A stretch of 64,000 nt of DNA. Source: an uncultured Acidimicrobiales bacterium. GTDB taxonomy: Bacteria; Actinomycetota; Acidimicrobiia; Acidimicrobiales; SHLQ01. Positions within the stretch are counted from its first letter, which is position 1, and the number at the start of each line of letters is the position of its first letter. Shown in pieces: positions 54,863 to 63,479 of this stretch. A model generated the notes under the pieces. The model ran no database searches and was not told where the DNA came from. It was given only the letters and a program-made list of their open reading frames with translations. A program made the translations under genes and the position numbers. Where the stretch lies: assembly GCA_905479685.1 (NCBI GenBank), contig CAJQNJ010000086.1:3921-67920 (forward strand), in the 5' to 3' direction.

Positions 54863-56647
54863 TTACTCGTCGAGCTTCAACGCTGAAACGAACGCCTCTT
54901 GAGGAATTTCGACGCTCCCGATGCTCTTCATGCGCTTCTTTCCCTCTTTCTGCTTCTGGAGGAGCTTGTTCTTTCGCGTGATATCGCCGCCATACAGCTT
55001 GGCGGTCACATCCTTGCGGTACGCCTTGACGGTCTGGCGGGCGATGAATCGTCCGCCGATAGCGGCCTGGATCGGCACGTCATATTGCTGTCGAGGGATC
55101 AGCTCCTTCAGCTTCTCCGTCATCTTCTTGCCGTATTCGTACGAGCGGTCATCATGCACGATCGTCGAGAATGCATCGACAGGATCTCCTGCAAGAAGGA
55201 TGTCGACCTTGACGAGCTTCGAACGAAGAAGCCCATCGGGTTCGTAGTCAAGGCTTGCGTACCCCTGCGAACGGCTCTTCATCTGGTCGAAGAAGTCCAT
55301 CACGACCTCGGCCAGCGGCAGTCGGTAGACCAACTCGACTCGCTCGGGTGACAGGTACTCCATCTTGTCCATGACGCCGCGGCGAGACTGGCAGAGATCC
55401 ATCATTGCCCCGGTGTACGTCGTGGGTGTCACGATCGACGCCTTCAGCATGGGCTCCTCGATGAAATCGATCTCGGCACCGTCGGGAAGTTCCGACGGGT
55501 TGTCGATCATCAGTTCGGTGCCATCGGACTTGTGGACCTTGTAGGCCACCGATGGCGACGTCGAGATGAGCGAGAGGCCGAACTCTCGTTCCAGTCGTTC
55601 TCGGACGATCTCCATGTGCAGAAGACCCAGGAATCCGCAACGAAAGCCGAACCCGAGCGCTCCGGAGGTTTCTGGTTCGAATGTGTATGACGAATCGTTG
55701 AGCCGAAGTTTCTCGAGCGCCTCACGAAGGGCCGGGTACTCATCACCATCGATCGGGTACAGGCCACTGAAGACCATCGGAAGTGGCTCGTGATACCCGT
55801 CGAGTGCTTCTGTCGCTGGGTTGATCGCGTTCGTGACCGTTTCGCCGGAACGTGCTTCGCCCACGTCTTTGATTCCGGCGATCAGGTAGCCCACTTCTCC
55901 GGCGGTGAGTTCCTTCACCGGTTGGTTGTCGGGGCTGCGCACGCCGAGCTCTTCGATCTCGCGGATGGCGCCGGCCTGCATGAAGAGTGCTTTGCTGCGA
56001 GAACGAAGCGTTCCGTCGACGACTCGGATCGAAGAAATCACGCCTCGGTACGGGTCGAAGTGGCTGTCGAAGATCAGTGCCTTGGTATCTCCAGAGGGAT
56101 CGCCCGAAGGTGGTGGTGTTCGTGCAACGACGGCATCGAGTAGCTCGCTGACGCCCTCACCTGTCTTCGCGCTGATCTGAAGGATTTCCTCTGCGGGAAT
56201 CCCGAGGACGTTCTCGATCTCTTCGGCGTAGCGGTCCGGGTCCGCTGCTGGAAGGTCGATCTTGTTCAGCGCGGCCACGATCTCGAGATCGCTTTCGAGG
56301 GCCAGATAACAGTTGGCCAACGTTTGCGCCTCGATCCCCTGTGATGCGTCGACGACGAGGATCACCCCTTCGCACGCTGCGAGAGACCGGGAAACCTCGT
56401 ACCCGAAGTCCACGTGACCCGGGGTGTCGATGAGGTTGATGACATGCCCGGCCCAGTTGAGCCGGACCGACTGCAGCTTGATCGTGATCCCCCGCTCGCG
56501 CTCGAGGTCCATCGAGTCGAGGTACTGCTCTTTCATGTCGCGCGCCTCGACGGCGCCCGTGAGTTCGAGCATCCGGTCGGCAAGGGTCGATTTTCCGTGG
56601 TCGATGTGCGCGATGATCGACGTGTTGCGAATGAGCGACTGGTCCAT
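54863..56647 (-). CDS. lepA: translation elongation factor 4 (LepA)
   Basis: 594 aa. The GTPase motifs are [23 protein letters not shown] and NKID. LepA-specific C-terminal domain. Confidence 0.97.
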   Translation of the reverse strand: MDQSLIRNTSIIAHIDHGKSTLADRMLELTGAVEARDMKEQYLDSMDLERERGITIKLQSVRLNWAGHVINLIDTPGHVDFGYEVSRSLAACEGVILVVDASQGIEAQTLANCYLALESDLEIVAALNKIDLPAADPDRYAEEIENVLGIPAEEILQISAKTGEGVSELLDAVVARTPPPSGDPSGDTKALIFDSHFDPYRGVISSIRVVDGTLRSRSKALFMQAGAIREIEELGVRSPDNQPVKELTAGEVGYLIAGIKDVGEARSGETVTNAINPATEALDGYHEPLPMVFSGLYPIDGDEYPALREALEKLRLNDSSYTFEPETSGALGFGFRCGFLGLLHMEIVRERLEREFGLSLISTSPSVAYKVHKSDGTELMIDNPSELPDGAEIDFIEEPMLKASIVTPTTYTGAMMDLCQSRRGVMDKMEYLSPERVELVYRLPLAEVVMDFFDQMKSRSQGYASLDYEPDGLLRSKLVKVDILLAGDPVDAFSTIVHDDRSYEYGKKMTEKLKELIPRQQYDVPIQAAIGGRFIARQTVKAYRKDVTAKLYGGDITRKNKLLQKQKEGKKRMKSIGSVEIPQEAFVSALKLDE

Positions 56648-56765
56648 GACGTACGTGACGGTAGCTGTGTTTCAGGCCGCTTCCTTGTTGCTTCGTGACG
56701 AGTCCCGGCTAGGCTTGTCAGCTGGCCCGAGGGCCGGGTCCGTCAACACAGAGGTCGAAGCCGTC

Positions 56766-57032
56766 GTGGCAAACATCAAGAGCCAAATCAAGCGCAACCG
56801 TCAAACCGAAAAGCGCAACGCTCGCAATCGTGCAATTCGTGCCGAACTTCGCACACGCACCCGCTCCGTCCTCGAAGCCGCAGAGGCTGGAGCCGATGAC
56901 ACCGAAGAGAAGCTTCGTATCGCCATCAAGCGCATCGACAAGTCTGTCACCAAAGGCACGATGCACAAGAACACCGCAGCTCGCACGAAGAGCCGTCTCA
57001 CCAAGCGCGTTCGTTCACTTCAAGACGCCTGA
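56766..57032 (+). CDS. rpsT: 30S ribosomal protein S20
   Basis: C-terminal part of ORF 56424..57032. GTG 56766 gives (M)ANIKSQIKRNRQTEKRNARNRAIRAELRT, the canonical S20 N-terminus. Confidence 0.92.
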   Translation: MANIKSQIKRNRQTEKRNARNRAIRAELRTRTRSVLEAAEAGADDTEEKLRIAIKRIDKSVTKGTMHKNTAARTKSRLTKRVRSLQDA

Positions 57033-57238
57033 GTCGTCTTCGATCCGCGCAACCTCACGAATCTGTGTGAGGCCAACGTTCCCTGGGTATTTGCGCGTTC
57101 GGGCGGATGAGTCGGTGGCCGATCTCGTGGCCCCAGAATCCCCGTGGCGCCTTTCGTGGTAGTGACCAGCGTGTTGACGAGGTCGGCAAGCACGGAGACG
57201 ACGAGGATGACCCCGACGACGATTGCGATCAGGCTCAT
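57020..57238 (-). CDS. candidate small membrane protein translationally coupled to holA
   Basis: 72-aa ORF whose ATG 57238 overlaps the holA stop (ATGA). The first 30 codons (MSLIAIVVGVILVVSVLADLVNTLVTTTKG) are hydrophobic with G/C-ending codons. The C-terminal half is less protein-like and overlaps the rpsT 3' end by 13 nt. Confidence 0.3.
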   Translation of the reverse strand: MSLIAIVVGVILVVSVLADLVNTLVTTTKGATGILGPRDRPPTHPPERANTQGTLASHRFVRLRGSKTTQAS

Positions 57239-58245
57239 CGAAGGTTCGCCAACCGAGCAACAAGCACTTCCATCACCAGTTCAGGAGGCCAGCCGGATTC
57301 GCCTCGGAGCCCCCGGTCTGCGTCGGACAACAACTCGACCGCCTTTTGCACTCCGGGCGATCCGAGCTTCTTCGACTGGTTGAGCGCCTTCTTGGCGGGA
57401 AATGTCGACCCCTTCATTCCGAGGAGTTGTGCGGCCTGTTTCTCGCCCGATATCGGTGCGCCGTCGAGCCGCAACATGCGCAGGTAATGGGTCTGGAGTG
57501 TCGCCATGATCTGCAGTGGGTGACGGCCTCCGGACTCGGTCATTCGATGCAGCTTGTCGAGGGCGACATCAATCTTGCCCGAGTCGATGGCATCGGTCAG
57601 CTCCCAGGGGGGTACATCGCCTGACTCGCCGAGGAAGGGTTCGACCTCGGCAACGCCGATGTTGACGTCGGGCCCGTAGATGGACTCGAGTGTCGAGAGA
57701 AGGCTCACGACCCGAGACCGTTGTTCTCCCAGGTGTTGGGCGATGTGTTGCGCTGCTCGTGTGTCCACTTTTACCGACGAGGTCTTGAGTTGGCGGTCGA
57801 GCCACGCCGACGCGTTCTTCCCAGACGGAATTCCTGTATCGATGACCTCAGCTCCGGCCGCCTGAAGCGCTTCGGTCAGACCCTTCGGCACGTTGGGCAT
57901 GCGGTCTTGTTTGGGTGACATTCCTCGCTCCCACACGAGAACGAGGTCGGTCGACGGAAGGGGCTCTTGTAGGTACGCCACGAGGGGCTCGACGTCTGCG
58001 CCTTTGGAGAACCGACCCATGTGACGCCCGACGACGACTCGTCGCTCGGTGAGGAACGGTGGGGTCTGTGCTGCGTCGACCAGACGGTTGATGACGAACG
58101 AGTCGTCGTCGGTTCGATAGTGATCTTCGAGGAGCTCCTCGACCATGAGCGACGCGTCGCCCGTGCCCACGAGTGACGCGACCTGTTCACTCACGCCACG
58201 ACTCAGAAGCGAGTCGTCGTTGCCCTTGAGGAAGCAGATCGTCAC
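57235..58245 (-). CDS. holA: DNA polymerase III subunit delta
   Basis: 336 aa, GTG start. It shows HolA-like length and pattern (N-terminal Rossmann-like, C-terminal helical domain) and the conserved actinobacterial position between comEC and rpsT. Confidence 0.85.
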   Translation of the reverse strand: MTICFLKGNDDSLLSRGVSEQVASLVGTGDASLMVEELLEDHYRTDDDSFVINRLVDAAQTPPFLTERRVVVGRHMGRFSKGADVEPLVAYLQEPLPSTDLVLVWERGMSPKQDRMPNVPKGLTEALQAAGAEVIDTGIPSGKNASAWLDRQLKTSSVKVDTRAAQHIAQHLGEQRSRVVSLLSTLESIYGPDVNIGVAEVEPFLGESGDVPPWELTDAIDSGKIDVALDKLHRMTESGGRHPLQIMATLQTHYLRMLRLDGAPISGEKQAAQLLGMKGSTFPAKKALNQSKKLGSPGVQKAVELLSDADRGLRGESGWPPELVMEVLVARLANLR

Positions 58246-58577
58246 GACTCGAGAATCTCGATCTCACCGGCGACGATTGCCGTGTGCATGTCGAGAACAC
58301 GGCGCACCGGTTGCGGGTGTCGGGTCTCGAACGACCGCACACCGTGCATGACCAGAACCGACACGACCGCGATGAACTCATCGTGATCGACCAAGGGCCC
58401 GGTGCTATCGCTGATGCTTGCAACAACATCGACGACGACGACGACAGTATCGAGGTCATCGATCGGGTCCAGCGCATCAAGGACGGCGTCGAGCGTGTCT
58501 TCCTCGATTCGAATCTGCGGTGGTTCAGCGGCGTGACGCCCTCTGGCATGGACGAGGGTCGGGGTGCTTGGTGTCAT
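58242..58577 (-). CDS. hypothetical acidic protein between comEC and holA
   Basis: 111 aa. The stop overlaps the holA GTG (GTGA), and codon third positions are mostly G/C. The C-terminal VMHGVRSFETRHPQPVRRVLDMHTAI loosely resembles the C-terminal G-x-x-x-R-x-H-D-V helix of pterin-binding (DHPS-like) domains. Confidence 0.4.
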   Translation of the reverse strand: MTPSTPTLVHARGRHAAEPPQIRIEEDTLDAVLDALDPIDDLDTVVVVVDVVASISDSTGPLVDHDEFIAVVSVLVMHGVRSFETRHPQPVRRVLDMHTAIVAGEIEILES

Positions 58578-58607
58578 CGCTTGCGACGTTATCGGATGGT
58601 CGAGACA

Positions 58608-60437
58608 TCACCCGAGGTCGGTGATGTCCACCGTTCCATCGGCTGCTGTTCGAACGGTGAGCGACCCGACGGTCCCCTCGAACGATTCGGTGGTCCGACC
58701 TCCGGGAATGTCGTGATCGGGGGGTGCCCAGATCTCCCCGAGCCCGAACCGATCGCGCAAGACTCGGATCAGACGGCCGCTGTCCCGCGAGCCATCCAGC
58801 ACGATGGTGAGGTCGATGTGACCAAGGCGAGCCTGACGAAGCGCAGCCAACGACATGTCGACGCGAGCACCATCGGAGACGATCAGCACATCGTGGCCTC
58901 CCGATGATCGGACCACCTCGATACCCGCTGTCAGACGGTGTCGGCCGGGTTGGAGCGTGCGGGGAGACACGAACGGGACAAGGGCGAGCACCACTGCCCC
59001 ACTCGCGAGGATTGTCCAGCACCATCTCGTGTTGTTCGACCAGCGACGTGTCCCCAGGATCACAGCCAACCCCACGAGTACCGAGACGTAGGCAGCTCCA
59101 ACATGGCCGACAGGTAGTCGAGCTCCCACCTCGGCCACGGTGTCGATCCACCAGAGCATCGCCCGGGTCGGAAGGTGCAGGAGCCACGCAACTGGTTCGG
59201 GGGACAGCCCAGCCAGGGTGCCGGCGACGAGGCCCCACATCATGACTCCAGCCGCGGCTGGTGCTGCGAGCAGGTTCGCCGGAACCGCGACTGCACTCAC
59301 CGTCCCGAACGTGGCGAACAGCAGGGGCGACACCGCAAGTTGCGCCCCCAACGTCGCCGAGATGGCCAACACCAACGCGTCGGGTCCGGGTACAAGCGCC
59401 GCGATCCGGGGTGTGAGGACGATCAATCCGGCCGTCGCAGCCACGGACAGCTGAAACGCAAGCGACCACGCAAGGAGTGGATCGAACAGAAGCAGTCCGA
59501 CGACGGCTGGGGGTAGAGCAACTGCAGCACCGCCCGGTCGACCGAGCGCATGAGCGAGCAAGGCCAAGCCAGCCATGACCAGTGCACGCGTCACCGATGG
59601 CTCGAAGCGGGTGATGAAGCCGAACCCGAGGAGGACGGTGAGTGCTGCCCCGACCCGTACAGGGATTGCCGAAATCCGGGTGAGGATCGGGGCGGCGAGC
59701 AGCAGCACGAAGACAACGTTCTGGCCAGACACCGCGAGGAGGTGGCCAAGCCCCGCTGCTCTGAAGTTGTCGGCGACGATCACGTTCTGCCCTCGGTCAT
59801 CGCCGAAGACCAAGCCCGTGAAGAGCACCTTTCGATCGTGCGACATACTCTCGGCTCCCGAACGCACCGTCGAACGGAAGGCGTTCGCAAGCCCGGTCGG
59901 CCCGCGAGCTGGTTCGGTTCGGCGCAGGGTGGTGGCCGAAACCCTGCCGACCACTCGACGACTGATCGCCCATGAGGACCGAGGGCGCGATCCGCGAACG
60001 CTGCCCGAGATCATCAGATGGTCGCCCACACGGGCGGTACTGAGATCGCCCGCAGTCGCCGCACGCGCGTCGATCATCAGCAGATCACCGTCCAAGTCGA
60101 CCAACGCCCGGATACGCCCGTCGCCCGCACGCGGGTCATCCACAACCACCACGTCGGCCTCTCGAACTGGCTTCGTCGGGGAGGGTTCGAGGCCTCGGAG
60201 TTCGTGGCCGGCATGCCACGCAACCAGCAGGAGAAGCCCGATGCCGATGACCCGAGGGCGAACGGTGACGATCCCGACGAGCATCACAACCAGCGCCGCG
60301 GCAATTGGCATGAAACCGAGAAACCGGGCCGAGACGAACGCCGCCAGAACGATGATGACCACGGAGGCATCGGCCCTCCACGATGTGCCGTCGTTGGGCC
60401 GGACGAGGCCGGCAGGCGCCTCAACCGACCGTGACAT
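58608..60437 (-). CDS. comEC: ComEC/Rec2 family DNA internalisation channel protein
   Basis: ORF 58608..60590 is trimmed to ATG 60437. A polytopic competence domain contains GLGHLLAVSGQNVVFVL. The C-terminal ~110 aa are only a remnant of the metallo-beta-lactamase domain, and no HxHxDH motif was seen. Confidence 0.85.
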   Translation of the reverse strand: MSRSVEAPAGLVRPNDGTSWRADASVVIIVLAAFVSARFLGFMPIAAALVVMLVGIVTVRPRVIGIGLLLLVAWHAGHELRGLEPSPTKPVREADVVVVDDPRAGDGRIRALVDLDGDLLMIDARAATAGDLSTARVGDHLMISGSVRGSRPRSSWAISRRVVGRVSATTLRRTEPARGPTGLANAFRSTVRSGAESMSHDRKVLFTGLVFGDDRGQNVIVADNFRAAGLGHLLAVSGQNVVFVLLLAAPILTRISAIPVRVGAALTVLLGFGFITRFEPSVTRALVMAGLALLAHALGRPGGAAVALPPAVVGLLLFDPLLAWSLAFQLSVAATAGLIVLTPRIAALVPGPDALVLAISATLGAQLAVSPLLFATFGTVSAVAVPANLLAAPAAAGVMMWGLVAGTLAGLSPEPVAWLLHLPTRAMLWWIDTVAEVGARLPVGHVGAAYVSVLVGLAVILGTRRWSNNTRWCWTILASGAVVLALVPFVSPRTLQPGRHRLTAGIEVVRSSGGHDVLIVSDGARVDMSLAALRQARLGHIDLTIVLDGSRDSGRLIRVLRDRFGLGEIWAPPDHDIPGGRTTESFEGTVGSLTVRTAADGTVDITDLG

Positions 60438-61188
60438 GGTCGCGCAAGGCTTCGATGGTGGCTGGTCCGATCCCGCGAACAGCGACGAGCGCATCGATAT
60501 CGGCGAAGTTCCCGTGTTGTTCTCGGTGCGTGATGATCGTCTGGGCGGTAGCCGGGCCCACACCAGGCAATGTTTCGAGTAGCCCCGCATCGGCTCGGTT
60601 CACGTTCACCGGGCCGGATCGATCACTGTCGTCGACCTGCGACTGGGCGCTGACCACGACAGGTTCGTCCTCTCCTTCCACCGGCACGAACACCCGCTGA
60701 CCATCCTCGACGAACGCGGCCAGGTTGAGGCGATCGAGGTCGGCATCGATCAGAGCACCACCAGCCGCGCGCACAGCGTCGTCGATGCGCCATCCGGTCT
60801 CGCCATTGACCAGGCCGGGATGCAACACCGCTCCAGCAACATGCACGACGACTCGACCGCTCTGGACGGGTTGCTCCGTGTCGATCACTGTGCCGGCCTG
60901 AAGTTCGACGACCGGCGCGGTCGCCGGCACCTCGACCGCAGCACCGCGCGCCAGCGGAATGCTGTCCTCGACGGGCGGTCCCGTCGTCAGGCGTAGCTGC
61001 CATACAACGACAACGACGACACCTGCGACTGCAACGGTCGCTGCGACTCGCCGAACGGTCGGTGCGAGAGCACCGGCCAGTCGCGCATGGAGCCGCTCTC
61101 GCCAAATCTCGGTTACGGGCCGATGGTCCGCAGCGCGAAGCGCATCGAGCGGATCGACCTGTCGAGCACCGCGGTGCAACTCGGACAT
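60421..61188 (-). CDS. comEA: ComEA family DNA-binding protein (membrane anchor, SLBB-like domain, tandem helix-hairpin-helix)
   Basis: C-terminal VNVNRADAGLLETLPGVGPATAQTIITHREQHGNFADIDALVAVRGIGPATIEAL is the ComEA HhH pair. N-terminal TM is VAATVAVAGVVVVVVW. Confidence 0.88.
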   Translation of the reverse strand: MSELHRGARQVDPLDALRAADHRPVTEIWRERLHARLAGALAPTVRRVAATVAVAGVVVVVVWQLRLTTGPPVEDSIPLARGAAVEVPATAPVVELQAGTVIDTEQPVQSGRVVVHVAGAVLHPGLVNGETGWRIDDAVRAAGGALIDADLDRLNLAAFVEDGQRVFVPVEGEDEPVVVSAQSQVDDSDRSGPVNVNRADAGLLETLPGVGPATAQTIITHREQHGNFADIDALVAVRGIGPATIEALRDHVTVG

Positions 61189-61251
61189 GGAAGAACTTCC
61201 TGAGGTCGAAACACAGGGGAAGTTGCTTCGCTGTCGAGGATAGCAGCGCGC

Positions 61252-61857
61252 TCAGAACAGTGCAGTAGCCAGCTTGCGTCGATAGGCGTTGGTGCGAGGG
61301 TCTTGTGCACCGAGTTGATCGAGCAACTCGACGAAGCGTTCTCGGGCTTCGTCGTCGCCCTTGACGACCAACAACAATTCGTTGAGCTCGATCTCGATGA
61401 GTGCGGCTTCCTCGTCGCTCACGCCAGCCGGTTCCGGTTCGACTGCCTCGGGCGTCACGCCGTCGGCTGAGGGCTCGGAGATCGTTGGCTCGTCGGCTAC
61501 AGGGTTGCCATCTTCGTCCACGGTTGTGACCGCCATGTCGAGGAGGCGCTGCACGAATTCGACCACCTGCGGCTCACCCTGGGCGCCCATGAATCCATCG
61601 ACGACCTGACCGTCCTTCAGTGCATAGACCGCCGGGATCGACTGCACCTTGAACGCTGCGCTCACCTCGGGGTTCTCGTCGACATTGATCTTCGCCAACT
61701 CGACCATTCCCTGGGTCTCGCCGACCACCTTTTCGAGAATTGGTCCGAGCGAAGTGCACGGGCCACACCATGGGGCCCAAAGGTCGACGACCACGGGAAC
61801 AGTATTGGACCGTTCGACCACATCGGTTGCGAACGTTGCATCGGTGACGTCAGCCAT
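61252..61857 (-). CDS. thioredoxin-domain protein with C-terminal helical (YbbN/CnoX-like) extension
   Basis: ORF 61252..62190 is trimmed to ATG 61857, preceded by AGGAGG. Thioredoxin active site WAPWCGPCT. An acidic linker and a helical tail follow. Confidence 0.85.
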   Translation of the reverse strand: MADVTDATFATDVVERSNTVPVVVDLWAPWCGPCTSLGPILEKVVGETQGMVELAKINVDENPEVSAAFKVQSIPAVYALKDGQVVDGFMGAQGEPQVVEFVQRLLDMAVTTVDEDGNPVADEPTISEPSADGVTPEAVEPEPAGVSDEEAALIEIELNELLLVVKGDDEARERFVELLDQLGAQDPRTNAYRRKLATALF

Positions 61858-61979
61858 GCTCGTCTTTCCTCCTGCTCGACAGGCCTTCGAGCGTATCGGC
61901 CGCCAGCCGATGCCCAAGACAACCCATGCAATAGCCTGTCCCCCGTTGTCCCCACGGCGGGGAGATCGGAAGGAATGGC

Positions 61980-63041
61980 ATGAGCAACGCCGATACGCCT
62001 CCGGAAGTCGACGTGGAACCGGTGACCGCATGGTTGTCCGAACATGTCGCAGCCTCTGGTGGCGAGGTCGTTGCTCCCTTGGCTTTCGAGCAGATCGCCG
62101 GCGGGCGATCGAATCTGACTTTTCACGTGACCGACGCCGCCAACCGAGCATGGGCACTACGTCGGCCGCCAACTGGAAACGTGCTTGCAACCGCCCATGA
62201 CATGGGCCGTGAACATCGGGTGATGTCGGCGTTGGCGCCGACCGAGGTGCCCGTCCCGACCATGGTCGGTCTCTGTGACGACGTTGCCGTCAATGGCGTG
62301 CCGTTCTACGTCATGGATTGGGTCGAGGGCACCGTCGTGCGAAATGACACCATCGCCGAGGGGTTCGATCTCGAGACGAGGCGAGCGATGGGCGTGTCTG
62401 TCGTCGAGAACTTGGCGAAGATCCATCAGGTCGACATCGATGAGGTGGGGCTGGGTGATTTCGCGAAGCGAGAGGGGTACGTCGAGCGACAGCTTCGACG
62501 CTGGAAGGGTCAGGTGGACGCGACTGACTCGCCGAACAATCCGGTCATCGACCGGGCCCACGCCGAGCTTTCCTCGCGTGTTCCCGAGCAGGGAACCGCA
62601 CGCCTCGTGCACGGCGATTATCGCCTCGACAACACGATCGTCGGCGACGACGGGCAGGTGCTTGCAGTGCTCGACTGGGAGCTGACGACGCTCGGGGATC
62701 CCCTCGCCGACCTCGGGGCGATGTTGACCTACTGGTCTCGACCTGGCGACGTCGTCATCGCGCTCTCGGCTCCCCCGACGCTCGCCGACGGCTTCATCGA
62801 ACGAGACGAGGTCGTGTCCATCTATGAAGACTCGATCGGCGCATCGGTCGGTGATGTCGGCTTCTACCATGCGTTCGCGACGTGGCGACTTGCCTGCATT
62901 CTCGACGGCGTGGTCGATCGATATCGTGCGGGCGCCATGGGTGAGGACGGCGGGTTCGATCCTGACGAGTGGGCAGCGCAGGTCGCGATGCTCGCCGAAA
63001 CCGCGCTCGATCTGATGAGCGCCGGGCCTGGCGGCCGATGA
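61980..63041 (+). CDS. phosphotransferase (APH/choline-kinase-like) family protein
   Basis: 353 aa. The catalytic loop is LVHGDYRLDNTIV and the metal-binding motif is VLDWELTTLGDPLADL. Confidence 0.8.
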   Translation: MSNADTPPEVDVEPVTAWLSEHVAASGGEVVAPLAFEQIAGGRSNLTFHVTDAANRAWALRRPPTGNVLATAHDMGREHRVMSALAPTEVPVPTMVGLCDDVAVNGVPFYVMDWVEGTVVRNDTIAEGFDLETRRAMGVSVVENLAKIHQVDIDEVGLGDFAKREGYVERQLRRWKGQVDATDSPNNPVIDRAHAELSSRVPEQGTARLVHGDYRLDNTIVGDDGQVLAVLDWELTTLGDPLADLGAMLTYWSRPGDVVIALSAPPTLADGFIERDEVVSIYEDSIGASVGDVGFYHAFATWRLACILDGVVDRYRAGAMGEDGGFDPDEWAAQVAMLAETALDLMSAGPGGR

Positions 63042-63442
63042 AGAGGAATCTCGCTGTAGCCGGTGGAGTGCTCGCAGGGCTACTCGTGGTTCTCGTGTCG
63101 CTCGGTGTTGGTGACGTGATCGATCTTCCCGGTTGGGCGAACGTCAAGGGAGTTGATGTGCCGCTCATCGGAGACACCAACGTGATCGATTGCCGGCTCG
63201 AACAGGTCGACGGAACCACCGATGTGATGATCACGATCGTCGATGGTGACGAATCCACCTACGCCAGCTACGTGCACGTGTGGAACAACGGCAACCTGGT
63301 CGATCCTGAGCGAGTCGAACGGCTGGCGGACCACAAGCTGATCGCGCCTTCGACCGAGGGTATCGATGAGCAGTTCTACGCCGTATCGATTGTCCCGGTC
63401 CGCGACGCCAGAGTCTTCTGTGAGTCGATCATGCTTCGCTGA
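63038..63442 (+). CDS. hypothetical membrane-anchored or secreted protein
   Basis: ATG 63038 overlaps the upstream stop (ATGA). The sequence is MKRNLAVAGGVLAGLLVVLVSLGVGD followed by ~105 aa with no recognised family. Confidence 0.5.
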   Translation: MKRNLAVAGGVLAGLLVVLVSLGVGDVIDLPGWANVKGVDVPLIGDTNVIDCRLEQVDGTTDVMITIVDGDESTYASYVHVWNNGNLVDPERVERLADHKLIAPSTEGIDEQFYAVSIVPVRDARVFCESIMLR

Positions 63443-63479
63443 TTCGCTCTGCTGGGACGAATACGTTCTTCACCCAGCT

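Noticed and set aside
58525-60582. Large ORFs 58525..59469 (-), 59575..60582 (+) and 58284..58907 (+) within or next to comEC.
   Set aside because: They are out of frame or antisense to the ComEC membrane-domain frame, and their composition is Arg/Pro/Gly-rich.
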